DNA from: Capsulimonadales bacterium
GTDB taxonomy: Bacteria > Armatimonadota > Armatimonadia > Armatimonadales > Armatimonadaceae
NCBI GenBank assembly: GCA_033762295.1
Contig: JANRLW010000130.1
Location: 1 to 54,800, forward strand
Direction: 5' to 3'
DNA length: 54,800 bases
Position numbers and translations under genes: made by a program. Shown piece by piece: positions 8,906-19,355 of this stretch (its first letter is position 1; every line of letters begins with the position of its first letter). The notes under the pieces were generated by a model. That model was given only the letters and a program-made list of their open reading frames with translations, was not told the DNA's origin and made no database searches.

Positions 8906-10009
8906 ATGAAGGGAATAATCATAGCCGGCGGCGCGGGAACCCGTCTCCGCCCACTTACCTATACGCGGCCGAAGCCGTTGATTCCGGTCGTCAACCGTCC
9001 GTTCCTCGAATATCAGGTGGCGTTGCTGAAGCGCCACGGCATCGACGAAATCATCTTCGCCACCAACTATATGGCGGAGAAGATCGAAGCGCACTTCGGG
9101 GACGGATCGGCGTTCGGCGTTCGGATGCGATATGCGATCGAGGAGACGCCGCTCGGAACGGCGGGAGCGATTCGCAACGCGCAGGAGGTCGCCGGACGGG
9201 ACACCGTGATCGTTCTGAACGGCGACATTCTGACCGATTTCGACATCTCGGCCGTCATTCAGTTCCATGAGGAAAAGAATGCGGTAGTCACCCTGACGTT
9301 GAAGGAAGTGCCGTCGCCGAGTCCGTACGGGGTCATCATCACCGATGAGACCGGACGGGTTCAGGAGTTTCGCGAGCCGAGCGAGGCCACGAAGAAGATG
9401 CTGGCGGCCAATCCGAACATCGAACCGACCGGCGTCGATTACATCAATGCCGGCATCTACATTCTCGCTCCCGAAGCCCTGGAGGCCATTCCGGCCGGTC
9501 GTCCGGTTTCCATCGAACGGGAAACCTACCCGAAACTGCTGGAGGAGAAGGTGCCGTTCTATGCGGTCGCTCTCGACGGGTACTGGCTCGATATCGGCCG
9601 CCCGGAGCAGTATCGACAGGCGACGTCGGCGATTCTTGCCCGTGACATCACCGTGGATATCCCGGGCGAATGGGTACCGGCCGGGTACTGGGCCGATCCG
9701 AGCGCGGATATCGATCCGACCGCCCATATCGCCCCCACCGTTCATATCGGGGCGAACGCGCGTATCGCCGAGGGGGTGTCCCTGACCGGGATGACCGTCA
9801 TCGGGCCGAACTGCCAGATCAGCGCGAACGCCACCCTGACCGACTGCATCCTGGAGGAGGGTGTCCGCATCGAGGAAGGAGTCAAGCTCAAAGGCGTGAT
9901 CCTCGATGATGGCTGCCATCTCGAGGCCGATGTGGCGATCACCCGTGCGTCCGTCATGGCGGCGGGCAGCGTGGTCAAGCGCGGCACACGGATCAACGGC
10001 TACGACTGA
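8906..10009 (+). CDS. NDP-sugar synthase (mannose-1-phosphate guanylyltransferase-like) with left-handed beta-helix C-terminus
   Basis: AGGAGTRLRPLT..PKPL, PLGTAG, NGD, INAGIY, YWLDIG, hexapeptide repeats. Confidence 0.9.
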   Translation: MKGIIIAGGAGTRLRPLTYTRPKPLIPVVNRPFLEYQVALLKRHGIDEIIFATNYMAEKIEAHFGDGSAFGVRMRYAIEETPLGTAGAIRNAQEVAGRDTVIVLNGDILTDFDISAVIQFHEEKNAVVTLTLKEVPSPSPYGVIITDETGRVQEFREPSEATKKMLAANPNIEPTGVDYINAGIYILAPEALEAIPAGRPVSIERETYPKLLEEKVPFYAVALDGYWLDIGRPEQYRQATSAILARDITVDIPGEWVPAGYWADPSADIDPTAHIAPTVHIGANARIAEGVSLTGMTVIGPNCQISANATLTDCILEEGVRIEEGVKLKGVILDDGCHLEADVAITRASVMAAGSVVKRGTRINGYD

Positions 10010-10095
10010 GGCTGCGACCGTCCGTTCCGAAGGAACCGGCCAGGGTCCGTCCGCACTCGCTGACGGTCCTGCCGCTTCCCTGATATAATAGTGCC

Positions 10096-10551
10096 ATGCA
10101 GTCGACTGACAACGCCGGAACTCCGGAGATTGAGGCATTCGAGAACGCGGTCGCTCCCCTCGAGGGAATGGAGGCGATCGAACAGACGAACCTTCGTGTC
10201 CCCATGCCCGCCATTCCCCAGATCGGTCTGGACGATCTGGAAGGTAAGTCGGTTTTTGAGCAGTTCCTGATGGTCTGGGGAACGCCGGAACGCGGGGCGG
10301 TCCTCTGGGAATTGTGGCAGAACGGACGCGATGAGTTCAGCCGACAGTTGCTCGAACAGTTGGCGCAGAACACCGCCGAGGAGACGGGACTTTCGCTGGA
10401 GGAGGCCAAGCGCCGACTGGCCGTCGAAAAAGTGCTCTCCGATGTCGGCCCGGATTACGCCATCCGTTTCCTCGAAAGCTACAAAAGCTTTGTCTTCACC
10501 TATCGCCGCCCGCTCAAACCGATGATCGTCCGTCCACGCAAGCGTCGTTGA
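10096..10551 (+). CDS. Hypothetical protein, probably leaderless
   Basis: 151 aa ORF with host-like codon use; TGaTATAAT ends 6 nt before the ATG. Confidence 0.75.
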   Translation: MQSTDNAGTPEIEAFENAVAPLEGMEAIEQTNLRVPMPAIPQIGLDDLEGKSVFEQFLMVWGTPERGAVLWELWQNGRDEFSRQLLEQLAQNTAEETGLSLEEAKRRLAVEKVLSDVGPDYAIRFLESYKSFVFTYRRPLKPMIVRPRKRR

Positions 10552-10934
10552 TCGGCTTCGCCGCCGTCCCGGACGAACGCGTCCGTGCCGTCCCGGACGA
10601 GCGCGAACGTTTCTCCCGACTTGCCTCTTCCCTTCCGTAAGGAACACCGGACCTCGTTTTCCCGTTTTGTTAACGGACGTGCGATCCGGACGGTGTCTCA
10701 TCGTTTCGCCGAAAGCCGTCAAGCGTAGATTACCAATATATCGGACGAAACGGACCTCTCACTTCGACACCGAACCACGCTGTTCCGTTGTTGAGACCCG
10801 TCGGGTCACCGGCCCCTTCCGCCATGATGCGGACGGAACGCTCGGGCAGGTTTTCCTCCGGACGGAACACCACCCCGATCACTGCCGTTTCGCTATCAAA
10901 CACCATCTGCCAGAGTTTCAGGAGGGAGATTTTC

Positions 10935-12284
10935 ATGAAACGGACGGAATCCGGTCCTTTCACACCACTGTCAAATTGCGCCACGGCTGTTTCCGCTGTT
11001 TCCCTTGATGCCCAGGCTCCGGGAAACGCGAATCGGCGACGGGTCGCGGACACGGGCGAAAGTCTTCGCCCGTTGCGTATCGCGCATATCGGCACCTATC
11101 CGCCGCGGAAATGCGGTATCGCGACCTATACGCAGGATGTCGTCTCGGCGGTCCATGCCAAACTGCCGACGGCGCGCGCAATCGTCGTGGCGATGACGGT
11201 TACCGATGAGGAGGAAAATTACGCCTGGCCGGTCCGGCATATGCTGCCTCGGGATGAACCGACGGCCTATCTTCGCATCGCCGCCGCCCTCAACGCCACT
11301 CCGGTGGACCTGGTCAGCATTCAGCACGAACACGGTATCTTCGGCGGTGAGGACGGGGTCTACCTGACCCGCTTCCTGGAGGCCGTTCGCGTACCGGTCG
11401 TGACGACCCTGCATACCGTCCTCCCGGAGCCGTCGTCCGGCCAGAAAACCGCGATACGCGATGTGTTCGCCCGATCCGCCCGCGTCGTCGTGCTGAACAG
11501 CAAGGCGATCCCGCTGCTGCAGGAATCGTACGGTGTGGACACGGCGAAAGTCGTCGTGATCCGGCATGGGACGCCCGATGTCGATCCCCAGTTACGCCCG
11601 GCGATCCGCGCACGTCTCGGACTCCGGGATCAGATCGCTCTTTCGACCTTCGGGCTGATCAGTCCGGGCAAGGGTTTGGAACATGCGATCGAAGCCGTGG
11701 CGCAGATCGCACACCGGCACCCGACGCTTCACTACCATATCCTTGGCCGAACCCATCCGGGTATCGTCCGACAGAGCGGGGAAACCTATCGGGAGAGTCT
11801 TCAGCAACTGGCGGCCGACCGGGGGATTGCCGATCGCGTGCATTTTGTCAACCAGTACCTCAACCTGGATGAGTTGACCGACTGGCTTCTGGGATCGGAT
11901 ATCTATGTCACCCCCTACCTGAATCCGAATCAGATCGTGTCGGGGACGCTGGCCTATGCGGTCGCTGCCGGAAAGCCGGTGCTGTCCACTCCGTATCTGC
12001 ATGCTCAGGAGATGCTGGACGAGGGGCGGGGCGTTCTGACGCCGTTCAACGACCCGGCGACCATGGCGGAACATCTGGACCGGATGGTTTCCGACCCGGA
12101 TTGGCGACGGACGATGTCGCGCCGGTGCTGGGAGTTCGGGCGCTCCACCACGTGGGAGGCGACCGCCGAGCGCTACTGGCAGGTATTTTCCCAGTTGCTG
12201 CCCTCGGAGCGGCGACCGATCTTCACTGCCATGACGTCGCGAACGGCGCCGCAAACCGCGACGGTACGAACGGCGACCCTCTGA
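10935..12284 (+). CDS. GT4 glycosyltransferase
   Basis: GTYPPRKCGIAT, QHEHGIFGG, TFGLISPGKG, QIVSGTLAYA..GKPVLSTPY; RBS GGAGGGAG. Confidence 0.92.
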   Translation: MKRTESGPFTPLSNCATAVSAVSLDAQAPGNANRRRVADTGESLRPLRIAHIGTYPPRKCGIATYTQDVVSAVHAKLPTARAIVVAMTVTDEEENYAWPVRHMLPRDEPTAYLRIAAALNATPVDLVSIQHEHGIFGGEDGVYLTRFLEAVRVPVVTTLHTVLPEPSSGQKTAIRDVFARSARVVVLNSKAIPLLQESYGVDTAKVVVIRHGTPDVDPQLRPAIRARLGLRDQIALSTFGLISPGKGLEHAIEAVAQIAHRHPTLHYHILGRTHPGIVRQSGETYRESLQQLAADRGIADRVHFVNQYLNLDELTDWLLGSDIYVTPYLNPNQIVSGTLAYAVAAGKPVLSTPYLHAQEMLDEGRGVLTPFNDPATMAEHLDRMVSDPDWRRTMSRRCWEFGRSTTWEATAERYWQVFSQLLPSERRPIFTAMTSRTAPQTATVRTATL

Positions 12285-12334
12285 ACGATCCGAACAAAAA
12301 CCTTCGAATAACGATTTGTGACAGGAGAACCGAA

Positions 12335-13423
12335 ATGCCGAACGACGTCCCTCGTTCTTTTGTAGAAACGCCGAACCGGCATCTGGCCCCGTATCCGGCC
12401 CCCGGCGCGATCCTTCCGTCCGGGGGTCTTCTGGCCGCCGATAACGTCCTGCTGGATTACGTGCGAACCCTGACCGACGACACCGGGATGATTCAGCACG
12501 GGATTGGCGGAATTCCCGACGCGGCGACGGGCTATACCACGGATGACAACGTTCGTGCCTTCCTGGCCATGGTTCGCCTCTGGCGGCGGGTTCCCGAACG
12601 CCGGGCGGAGGTCGAGCCGTTGCTGCGCCGCTACCTGCAGTTCGTCGCCTGGGCGCAGAGGAAACAGGGCGAACATGCCGGGTGGTTCGTCAATTTCTTC
12701 TCCTACGACCGCCGTCCTCTGGACGAACGGGGTACCGAGGACTGTCTGGGCCGCTGTCTCTGGTGTCTGGGCGAGGCGGCCTCCGGTCCGCTGCCGAACG
12801 GTTGCGCTCTGGCGGTACAGACCCTTTTTTACCGGGCGTTACCCCTTACCGCCCGGTTAACCGCGCCGCGCGCGATCGCCTACTCGCTGCTGGGAATCTG
12901 CCGCGCCCTGCCGAACGACCCGGAGATGGTCGCCGCGCTGGCCGAACATCTGGCAAAACCGTATCGCCGCTACTCGACGCCGGGCTGGCAGTGGTTCGAA
13001 CCGTATCTGACCTATGACAACGCCCGCCTCTGCGAAGCGATGTTCCGGGCGGGCGAAACGACGGGAAACGAGGAGTATCTCCGGATCGCACGGGATACCG
13101 CCGCTTTCCTGACGGAGCATAGTTTCATCGGCGACACGCTCGAACCGATCGGCTGTCGCGGATGGTGGTATCGCGGCGGTGTCAAGGCGGTATTCGACCA
13201 GCAGTCGCTGGAAGCGGGCGGCTATGCCGAACTGTACCGTCTTCTCGGCGACCAGGCCAAAGAACGACTTTCCCTGTCCTGGTACACCTCGCGGAACCGT
13301 CACGGCATCCCCCTTTACGATCCGGCGACGGGCGGCGTTTTCGATGCGCTGACCGAGAACGGGGTCAATCGGAATCAGGGCGCGGAAAGCGTCATCACGC
13401 TGCTTCTGGGGTTGGCTCTCTGA
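12335..13423 (+). CDS. Alpha/alpha-toroid (six-hairpin glycosidase-like) protein, the partner domain often fused to this GT4 subfamily
   Basis: TDDTGMIQH, GYTTDDN, WFEPYLTYDNA, FDQQ, NRNQGAES; RBS AGGAG. Confidence 0.8.
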   Translation: MPNDVPRSFVETPNRHLAPYPAPGAILPSGGLLAADNVLLDYVRTLTDDTGMIQHGIGGIPDAATGYTTDDNVRAFLAMVRLWRRVPERRAEVEPLLRRYLQFVAWAQRKQGEHAGWFVNFFSYDRRPLDERGTEDCLGRCLWCLGEAASGPLPNGCALAVQTLFYRALPLTARLTAPRAIAYSLLGICRALPNDPEMVAALAEHLAKPYRRYSTPGWQWFEPYLTYDNARLCEAMFRAGETTGNEEYLRIARDTAAFLTEHSFIGDTLEPIGCRGWWYRGGVKAVFDQQSLEAGGYAELYRLLGDQAKERLSLSWYTSRNRHGIPLYDPATGGVFDALTENGVNRNQGAESVITLLLGLAL

Positions 13424-13433
13424 CAACGGGGCC

Positions 13434-14804
<1,371 letters not shown>

Positions 14805-14835
14805 TCAGGCCACCTACTTCCCGTCTCAGGGTTCC

Positions 14836-14870
14836 GAAAAGCGAACGACCCGGCACCAACGCCGGGTCGT
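14836..14870 (-). terminator. Intrinsic terminator after rpmA
   Basis: Perfect 10-bp stem acgacccggc/gccgggtcgt followed on the minus strand by tcgctttt. Confidence 0.6.
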
Positions 14871-14906
14871 GAACTTCCCTATATGTTTTTTACCGCAATC
14901 CGACGA

Positions 14907-15224
14907 TCAGGCCGTCGCCTCCACCGGCGTTTCGGCCTCGGCTTCGTTGACGACCATGCCACTGCCGTTCGGGTTCTCGGCATAGACGCTGATACGGCGG
15001 TTTGCCTTGTAGCCCTCAAACTTGACGTAGCCGTCGATTACCGAAAACAGCGTATAGTCCCGGCCCATTCGGACGTTCTTGCCCGGATCGAACTGGGTGC
15101 CGCGCTGTCGCACCAGGATCGAACCGGCTTTCACATACTCGCCGGCGAACTCTTTGACGCCAAGGAACTGCGGATTGGAATCACGACCGTTGCGGGACGA
15201 ACCCACTCCCTTTTTATGTGCCAT
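14907..15224 (-). CDS. rpmA: 50S ribosomal protein L27
   Basis: [17 protein letters not shown]...ILVRQRGT. Confidence 0.98.
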   Translation of the reverse strand: MAHKKGVGSSRNGRDSNPQFLGVKEFAGEYVKAGSILVRQRGTQFDPGKNVRMGRDYTLFSVIDGYVKFEGYKANRRISVYAENPNGSGMVVNEAEAETPVEATA

Positions 15225-15226
15225 AG

Positions 15227-15535
15227 TTACGCCTCAATCTTATCGATGCGGACATGGGTCTCATACTGACGATGTCCGTAGTGGGTCTGGTGGGACTTGA
15301 CCTTGATATAGGTCACACCATGGATCTTCTTGCCCCGCGTCTGCCGAACGATCGTCGCGCTGACCTTCGCGCCGGGGACCGTCGGATTTCCGAAGCGCGG
15401 AGAGTCGCCGCCGATGAAAAGCACTTCATCGAGGGTGATCGTGTCACCGGCCTCGCCGTCGGTTCGCTCGAGCACGACGGTATCGTTTTCCTGAACGCGG
15501 TACTGCTTGCCGCGCGCGCGAATCACTGCGTACAT
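15227..15535 (-). CDS. rplU: 50S ribosomal protein L21
   Basis: [14 protein letters not shown]...GHRQ; directly upstream of rpmA. Confidence 0.96.
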   Translation of the reverse strand: MYAVIRARGKQYRVQENDTVVLERTDGEAGDTITLDEVLFIGGDSPRFGNPTVPGAKVSATIVRQTRGKKIHGVTYIKVKSHQTHYGHRQYETHVRIDKIEA

Positions 15536-15634
15536 AACTGCTGCTCTTCCACCTTGTCGTTTCCCGGCCCGTCCGATCGTCTCCGAAAGCCGAATGTCGG
15601 CAACGGAAAGGGGCAGGGGCAATCCAACCTCAGG

Positions 15635-15663
15635 AGTTTACCATGGCGACTTCCACCTGTCAA
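15635..15663 (-). promoter_or_regulatory. Sigma70 promoter of rplU-rpmA
   Basis: Minus strand TTGACA-17 nt-TAAACT. Confidence 0.75.
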
Positions 15664-15679
15664 ACCGAAACCGGACGGT

Positions 15680-15708
15680 TTGACACCCGGATATCCTCGT
15701 GTTATCCT
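15680..15708 (+). promoter_or_regulatory. Divergent sigma70 promoter of the TolB-like gene
   Basis: TTGACA-17 nt-TATCCT with extended TG. Confidence 0.7.
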
Positions 15709-15798
15709 GCCGTTGAAACGGTCGACAGCCGGTTTACGTATTAGGACACGAAACGATTTATCGTCATTTCCCTGTCGGATGAGGAGCCTTTAGCACTC

Positions 15799-16989
15799 AT
15801 GAAACCCCGCTTTTTTACGGTTCGGAATTTACTTCTGATGTTGGTCGCCGTCGGTATATTCGGCGGCCTGGCGTACTGGCTGCACGAAGGGATGCCGCTG
15901 CCAGGGCAAACCGTTCCCTCCACCAAAGGGAAGATCGCCTTTATCTCGAATCGCAACGGTCACACCGACCTGTTCCTGATGAACGGCGCGGCCGGCAGCG
16001 AACCGGTGGCGATTACCAACGATGACGCGGAGGACAGCCAACCCGCTTTCTCGCCCACCGGCAAGGAGATCGCCTTCGTCTCCGTTCGGCGGGGCGTGGT
16101 CAACAGCATCGTTCCGCAGGTCTATGTTTGCGATGCGATGGCGGGACGAAAGCCGATTCCGCTCACCAATACCTCCTCGTCGAAAAGCCAGCCCGTATTT
16201 ATCGATAAGGAAAGCGTCCACTTCATCGACGGCGGCAAACTGACCGAGCATAATATTCCGGCGCAGGACGACCACTCGGTTTTCCCGGAACCCGATCTCA
16301 AACGCCTGCTGGCCGATTTCGTTTCGGCGGGCGGTCTGCAGCAGGCGGTTGCCCTGGCGGACGGCGAACGGTTCGCCATGGTCATGAATATGGAACGGGG
16401 ACAGCTGCTGCTGCTGTACCAGCATGACGATTCCAACCCGGAGAACCTGGTTCTGGCCGTCCTGGGCGCGGCGGAACACATCTCGATCGCGCCGGCCGGC
16501 GACGGCGGGTTCGCCGCCGCCTTTTCCGGAGGCTCTCCCCTCCAGCAGGCGATCCCGATCCTGACACCGGAACTGTTGAAACGCTATAACGAAACCGGTC
16601 TGACACCGCCCGCCCCGAACGTCCCGCTGGACGAATCGACCAACGTCATCGGGTTGTTCTCCGACGAAGGCATGCCCGGCGAAGTCATCCCGATTCCGTT
16701 CGCGCCCGAGGAGATTTCCGCTTCCCCGGACGGCAAAAACCTTCTGGTCGCCCTGGGCGAGGAGGCCGCCCAGCCCGGACTGGTCCTTTTCTCCACCGAG
16801 GCCAAAAAGGCGGAGCAGCTCTCCGCTCTGCCCGCCCGCAGCGCATCGTTCTCCCCGGACGGTGCGCAGATCGTCTTCGTCTCCGGAAACGATATCTACC
16901 TCCTTCCGGCGACCGGCGGTGAAGCGACAAACCTGACCCAGGGCAAGGGAGTCAATACCCATCCCGTCTGGTCCCCGGCCAAGGAATAG
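15799..16989 (+). CDS. Membrane-anchored TolB-like / PD40 beta-propeller protein
   Basis: N-terminal TM; KIAFISNRNG, PAFSPTGKEIAF, FSPDGAQIVF, PVWSP. Confidence 0.82.
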   Translation: MKPRFFTVRNLLLMLVAVGIFGGLAYWLHEGMPLPGQTVPSTKGKIAFISNRNGHTDLFLMNGAAGSEPVAITNDDAEDSQPAFSPTGKEIAFVSVRRGVVNSIVPQVYVCDAMAGRKPIPLTNTSSSKSQPVFIDKESVHFIDGGKLTEHNIPAQDDHSVFPEPDLKRLLADFVSAGGLQQAVALADGERFAMVMNMERGQLLLLYQHDDSNPENLVLAVLGAAEHISIAPAGDGGFAAAFSGGSPLQQAIPILTPELLKRYNETGLTPPAPNVPLDESTNVIGLFSDEGMPGEVIPIPFAPEEISASPDGKNLLVALGEEAAQPGLVLFSTEAKKAEQLSALPARSASFSPDGAQIVFVSGNDIYLLPATGGEATNLTQGKGVNTHPVWSPAKE

Positions 16990-17006
16990 AATTATAGCTC
17001 CTGAAC

Positions 17007-18002
17007 CTACACTTCGCCCTCGACGGTGAGTCCGGGACCGGGCGCGGGCAGGAGAATCCGTCCGGCATCCGCCGCCTTCAGAGCGGCGATCGTCCGTTCC
17101 GGTTCGAACGTCAGGGCGAGGATCGTTCCGCCCTGACCCGCTCCCGCCAGTTTCGCGGCAATCGCCCCGTTCTCCCGCGCCACCGTGATCAGCCGGTCGC
17201 ACGCCTCGCCGGACGCGCCGAGTTCGAACTGAATACGCTGGTTCTCATTCATCGCCCCCGCCATCGTCTCCCAATCCCCGACCAGAAACGCCGCCTTGCT
17301 GTCCCGCACCAATCGCTGCAGGCGGTCATAACCGTCGCGGACGATCGGGTCGCCCTCCAGCCATCGCTGACGCACCGGCTTGTGGGCGGAACCGGAGTGG
17401 TGCTTGACCCCCGTGTGCGCCAGTACGAGCGGGAGCGGCAGGGCGACGGCATCGGCCAGCGGTTCCACCGTGGCGTACGGCTGGGCGTCCGGGGGGATAT
17501 GTGATCCTTTATCGCGGAAATCCATATAGTTCAAACCGCCGAAGACGGCCATATGCTGATCCTGAAAGCCGCAGATCACTCCCATGATCTCGTACTCGAT
17601 CCGCCGGATACTCTCGGCGATCGCATGTCGGCTCTGACGCAGACCCAGGACGGCGGCCACCGCGCCATAGACAGCCGCCACCAGAGCGGTCGATCCCGAC
17701 AGCCCCGCCTGCATCGGAATCTCGGTCGAGGTACGCAGATGAAATCGGAAACGGGCGGGATCGATGTTCGACCCGCGCAGGACCGCCTTTGCCAGGTCGA
17801 GACGGTCGCCGCGCGGCAGCAGATCCTCCGCCGTTCGAATCTCCTGACGCTCCTCACCGTCCGCCTCCACCGTCAACACCTCCGCCGGTTCGAGTTCGCA
17901 TCGCGCCCGTTCCCTCGTCGTACAGGAGAGGACGGAACCGCCATACATATCCGTCGGGTTCCCCAGAATTCCGCACCGTCCCGGTGCCGTCGCCACGATC
18001 AT
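17007..18002 (-). CDS. GHMP-family sugar kinase (glucuronokinase/HddA-like)
   Basis: PGRCGILGNPTD, PMQAGLSGS, GFQD, AKLAGAGQGG. Confidence 0.85.
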   Translation of the reverse strand: MIVATAPGRCGILGNPTDMYGGSVLSCTTRERARCELEPAEVLTVEADGEERQEIRTAEDLLPRGDRLDLAKAVLRGSNIDPARFRFHLRTSTEIPMQAGLSGSTALVAAVYGAVAAVLGLRQSRHAIAESIRRIEYEIMGVICGFQDQHMAVFGGLNYMDFRDKGSHIPPDAQPYATVEPLADAVALPLPLVLAHTGVKHHSGSAHKPVRQRWLEGDPIVRDGYDRLQRLVRDSKAAFLVGDWETMAGAMNENQRIQFELGASGEACDRLITVARENGAIAAKLAGAGQGGTILALTFEPERTIAALKAADAGRILLPAPGPGLTVEGEV

Positions 18003-18109
18003 TCCTGCTTCCGCCTTTCTATCTCCGGAGTTAGACGGAACCCTGTCCCGCTCCTCTTCGTTCCTTACCTGATAACGACCATCACTCCGCCCCGAAAGGA
18101 TTTTCTCGA

Positions 18110-19216
18110 ATGCGGAACCTGATACCCACCGGCCGAAAGGCGATGCTGGCCGCAATAGTCGTCCTCCTGGCGATCCCTGCGTTTGCGGAGGACATTCCGA
18201 CGCTGGCCGCGAAAGATCCGCAATTTTCCACTCTGGTCCGACTGCTCCAGGCCGCGGACCTGACGGAAACGCTGAAGCAACCGGGACCGTTTACCGTCCT
18301 CGCGCCGACGAACGAAGCGTTTGAAAAGCTGCCGCAGACGCAGCGGGACGACCTGCTGAAGCCGGAGAACCGGGCTATGCTCCGACGCGTCCTCCTGTTT
18401 CATGTGACCCGAGGGAAAATGACGGCTGCGGACGTCGGACGACTGGCCGTGGGAACGCGCGGACCGACGCTGGCCGGCGATGAGCTGACCGTAACCTCGA
18501 CCGAACCGCTCAAGATTAACGGGGCGATGGTCGTTCGGACCGACATCAACGCCGATAACGGCGTCATCCACGTGATCGACACCGTGCTGATGCCGACCAC
18601 GCCGTCGCCTTCCGGTCCGGCGGTCACCCCGACGACCGGAACCGTCGCTCCCCTGCCGAATGCCACTCCGCTCGGGACGATGACGCTGACCGAGGTGGCG
18701 TCCGCAGACCCGCAGTTCTCGACGCTCGTCACGCTCCTCAAGGCGGCAGGATTCGATGAGAGTCTGTCGAAACGCGGTCCCCTGACGGTACTTGCGCCGA
18801 CCAACGAGGCGTTCAACAAACTGCCGTCGGGGACGGTGGAGGATCTGATGAAACCGGAGAACCTCACGACCCTGCAGGCGATTCTGAAGTACCATCTGGT
18901 CCCCGGCCAGTATGTCGCCTCCGACGTTTCCGGATTGAACGGCCAGGCGGCGTCGACCACCCTGCGTGGTTCCACGCTGGCGGTCTCGACCACCGGCGGG
19001 GTGCGCGTCAACAACGCAACGGTAGTCCGACCGGATGTCGGCGCGCGCAACGGGGTCATCCATGTGATCGATACGGTGCTGATGCCGCCCGCCTCGGCTC
19101 TGCCGCAGAAACCGACGATGCCCGAAATGATGAGAAATGACCGGGACCGTCGGGACGACGCGCCCCGAGACCCCATCAAAGAATCGACCACACAACCGAC
19201 CTCCCCCGTGCCTTAA
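18110..19216 (+). CDS. Secreted fasciclin protein with two FAS1 domains
   Basis: Signal peptide; duplicated TVLAPTNEAF and NGVIHVIDTVLMP. Confidence 0.95.
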   Translation: MRNLIPTGRKAMLAAIVVLLAIPAFAEDIPTLAAKDPQFSTLVRLLQAADLTETLKQPGPFTVLAPTNEAFEKLPQTQRDDLLKPENRAMLRRVLLFHVTRGKMTAADVGRLAVGTRGPTLAGDELTVTSTEPLKINGAMVVRTDINADNGVIHVIDTVLMPTTPSPSGPAVTPTTGTVAPLPNATPLGTMTLTEVASADPQFSTLVTLLKAAGFDESLSKRGPLTVLAPTNEAFNKLPSGTVEDLMKPENLTTLQAILKYHLVPGQYVASDVSGLNGQAASTTLRGSTLAVSTTGGVRVNNATVVRPDVGARNGVIHVIDTVLMPPASALPQKPTMPEMMRNDRDRRDDAPRDPIKESTTQPTSPVP

Positions 19217-19220
19217 CCGG

Positions 19221-19254
19221 CGGCGGTCCGGCGACCAAAGCCGCCGGACCGCCG
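19221..19254. terminator. 13-bp perfect stem-loop after the fasciclin gene
   Basis: cggcggtccggcg-accaaagc-cgccggaccgccg; no U-tract. Confidence 0.5.
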
Positions 19255-19355
19255 TACAGCCCGTCCGGGCAACTTACTTATCACATACAAACTATTTTAT
19301 GTTACAATAGCGCTACCCTGTCGAGTTTTCCCCTCGGCGGAAGGAGCGCTTCTGG

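Noticed and set aside
10563..10600. Direct repeat gccgtcccggacga x2 as CRISPR or REP
   Set aside because: Only two short copies with a 10-nt spacer and no cas genes.
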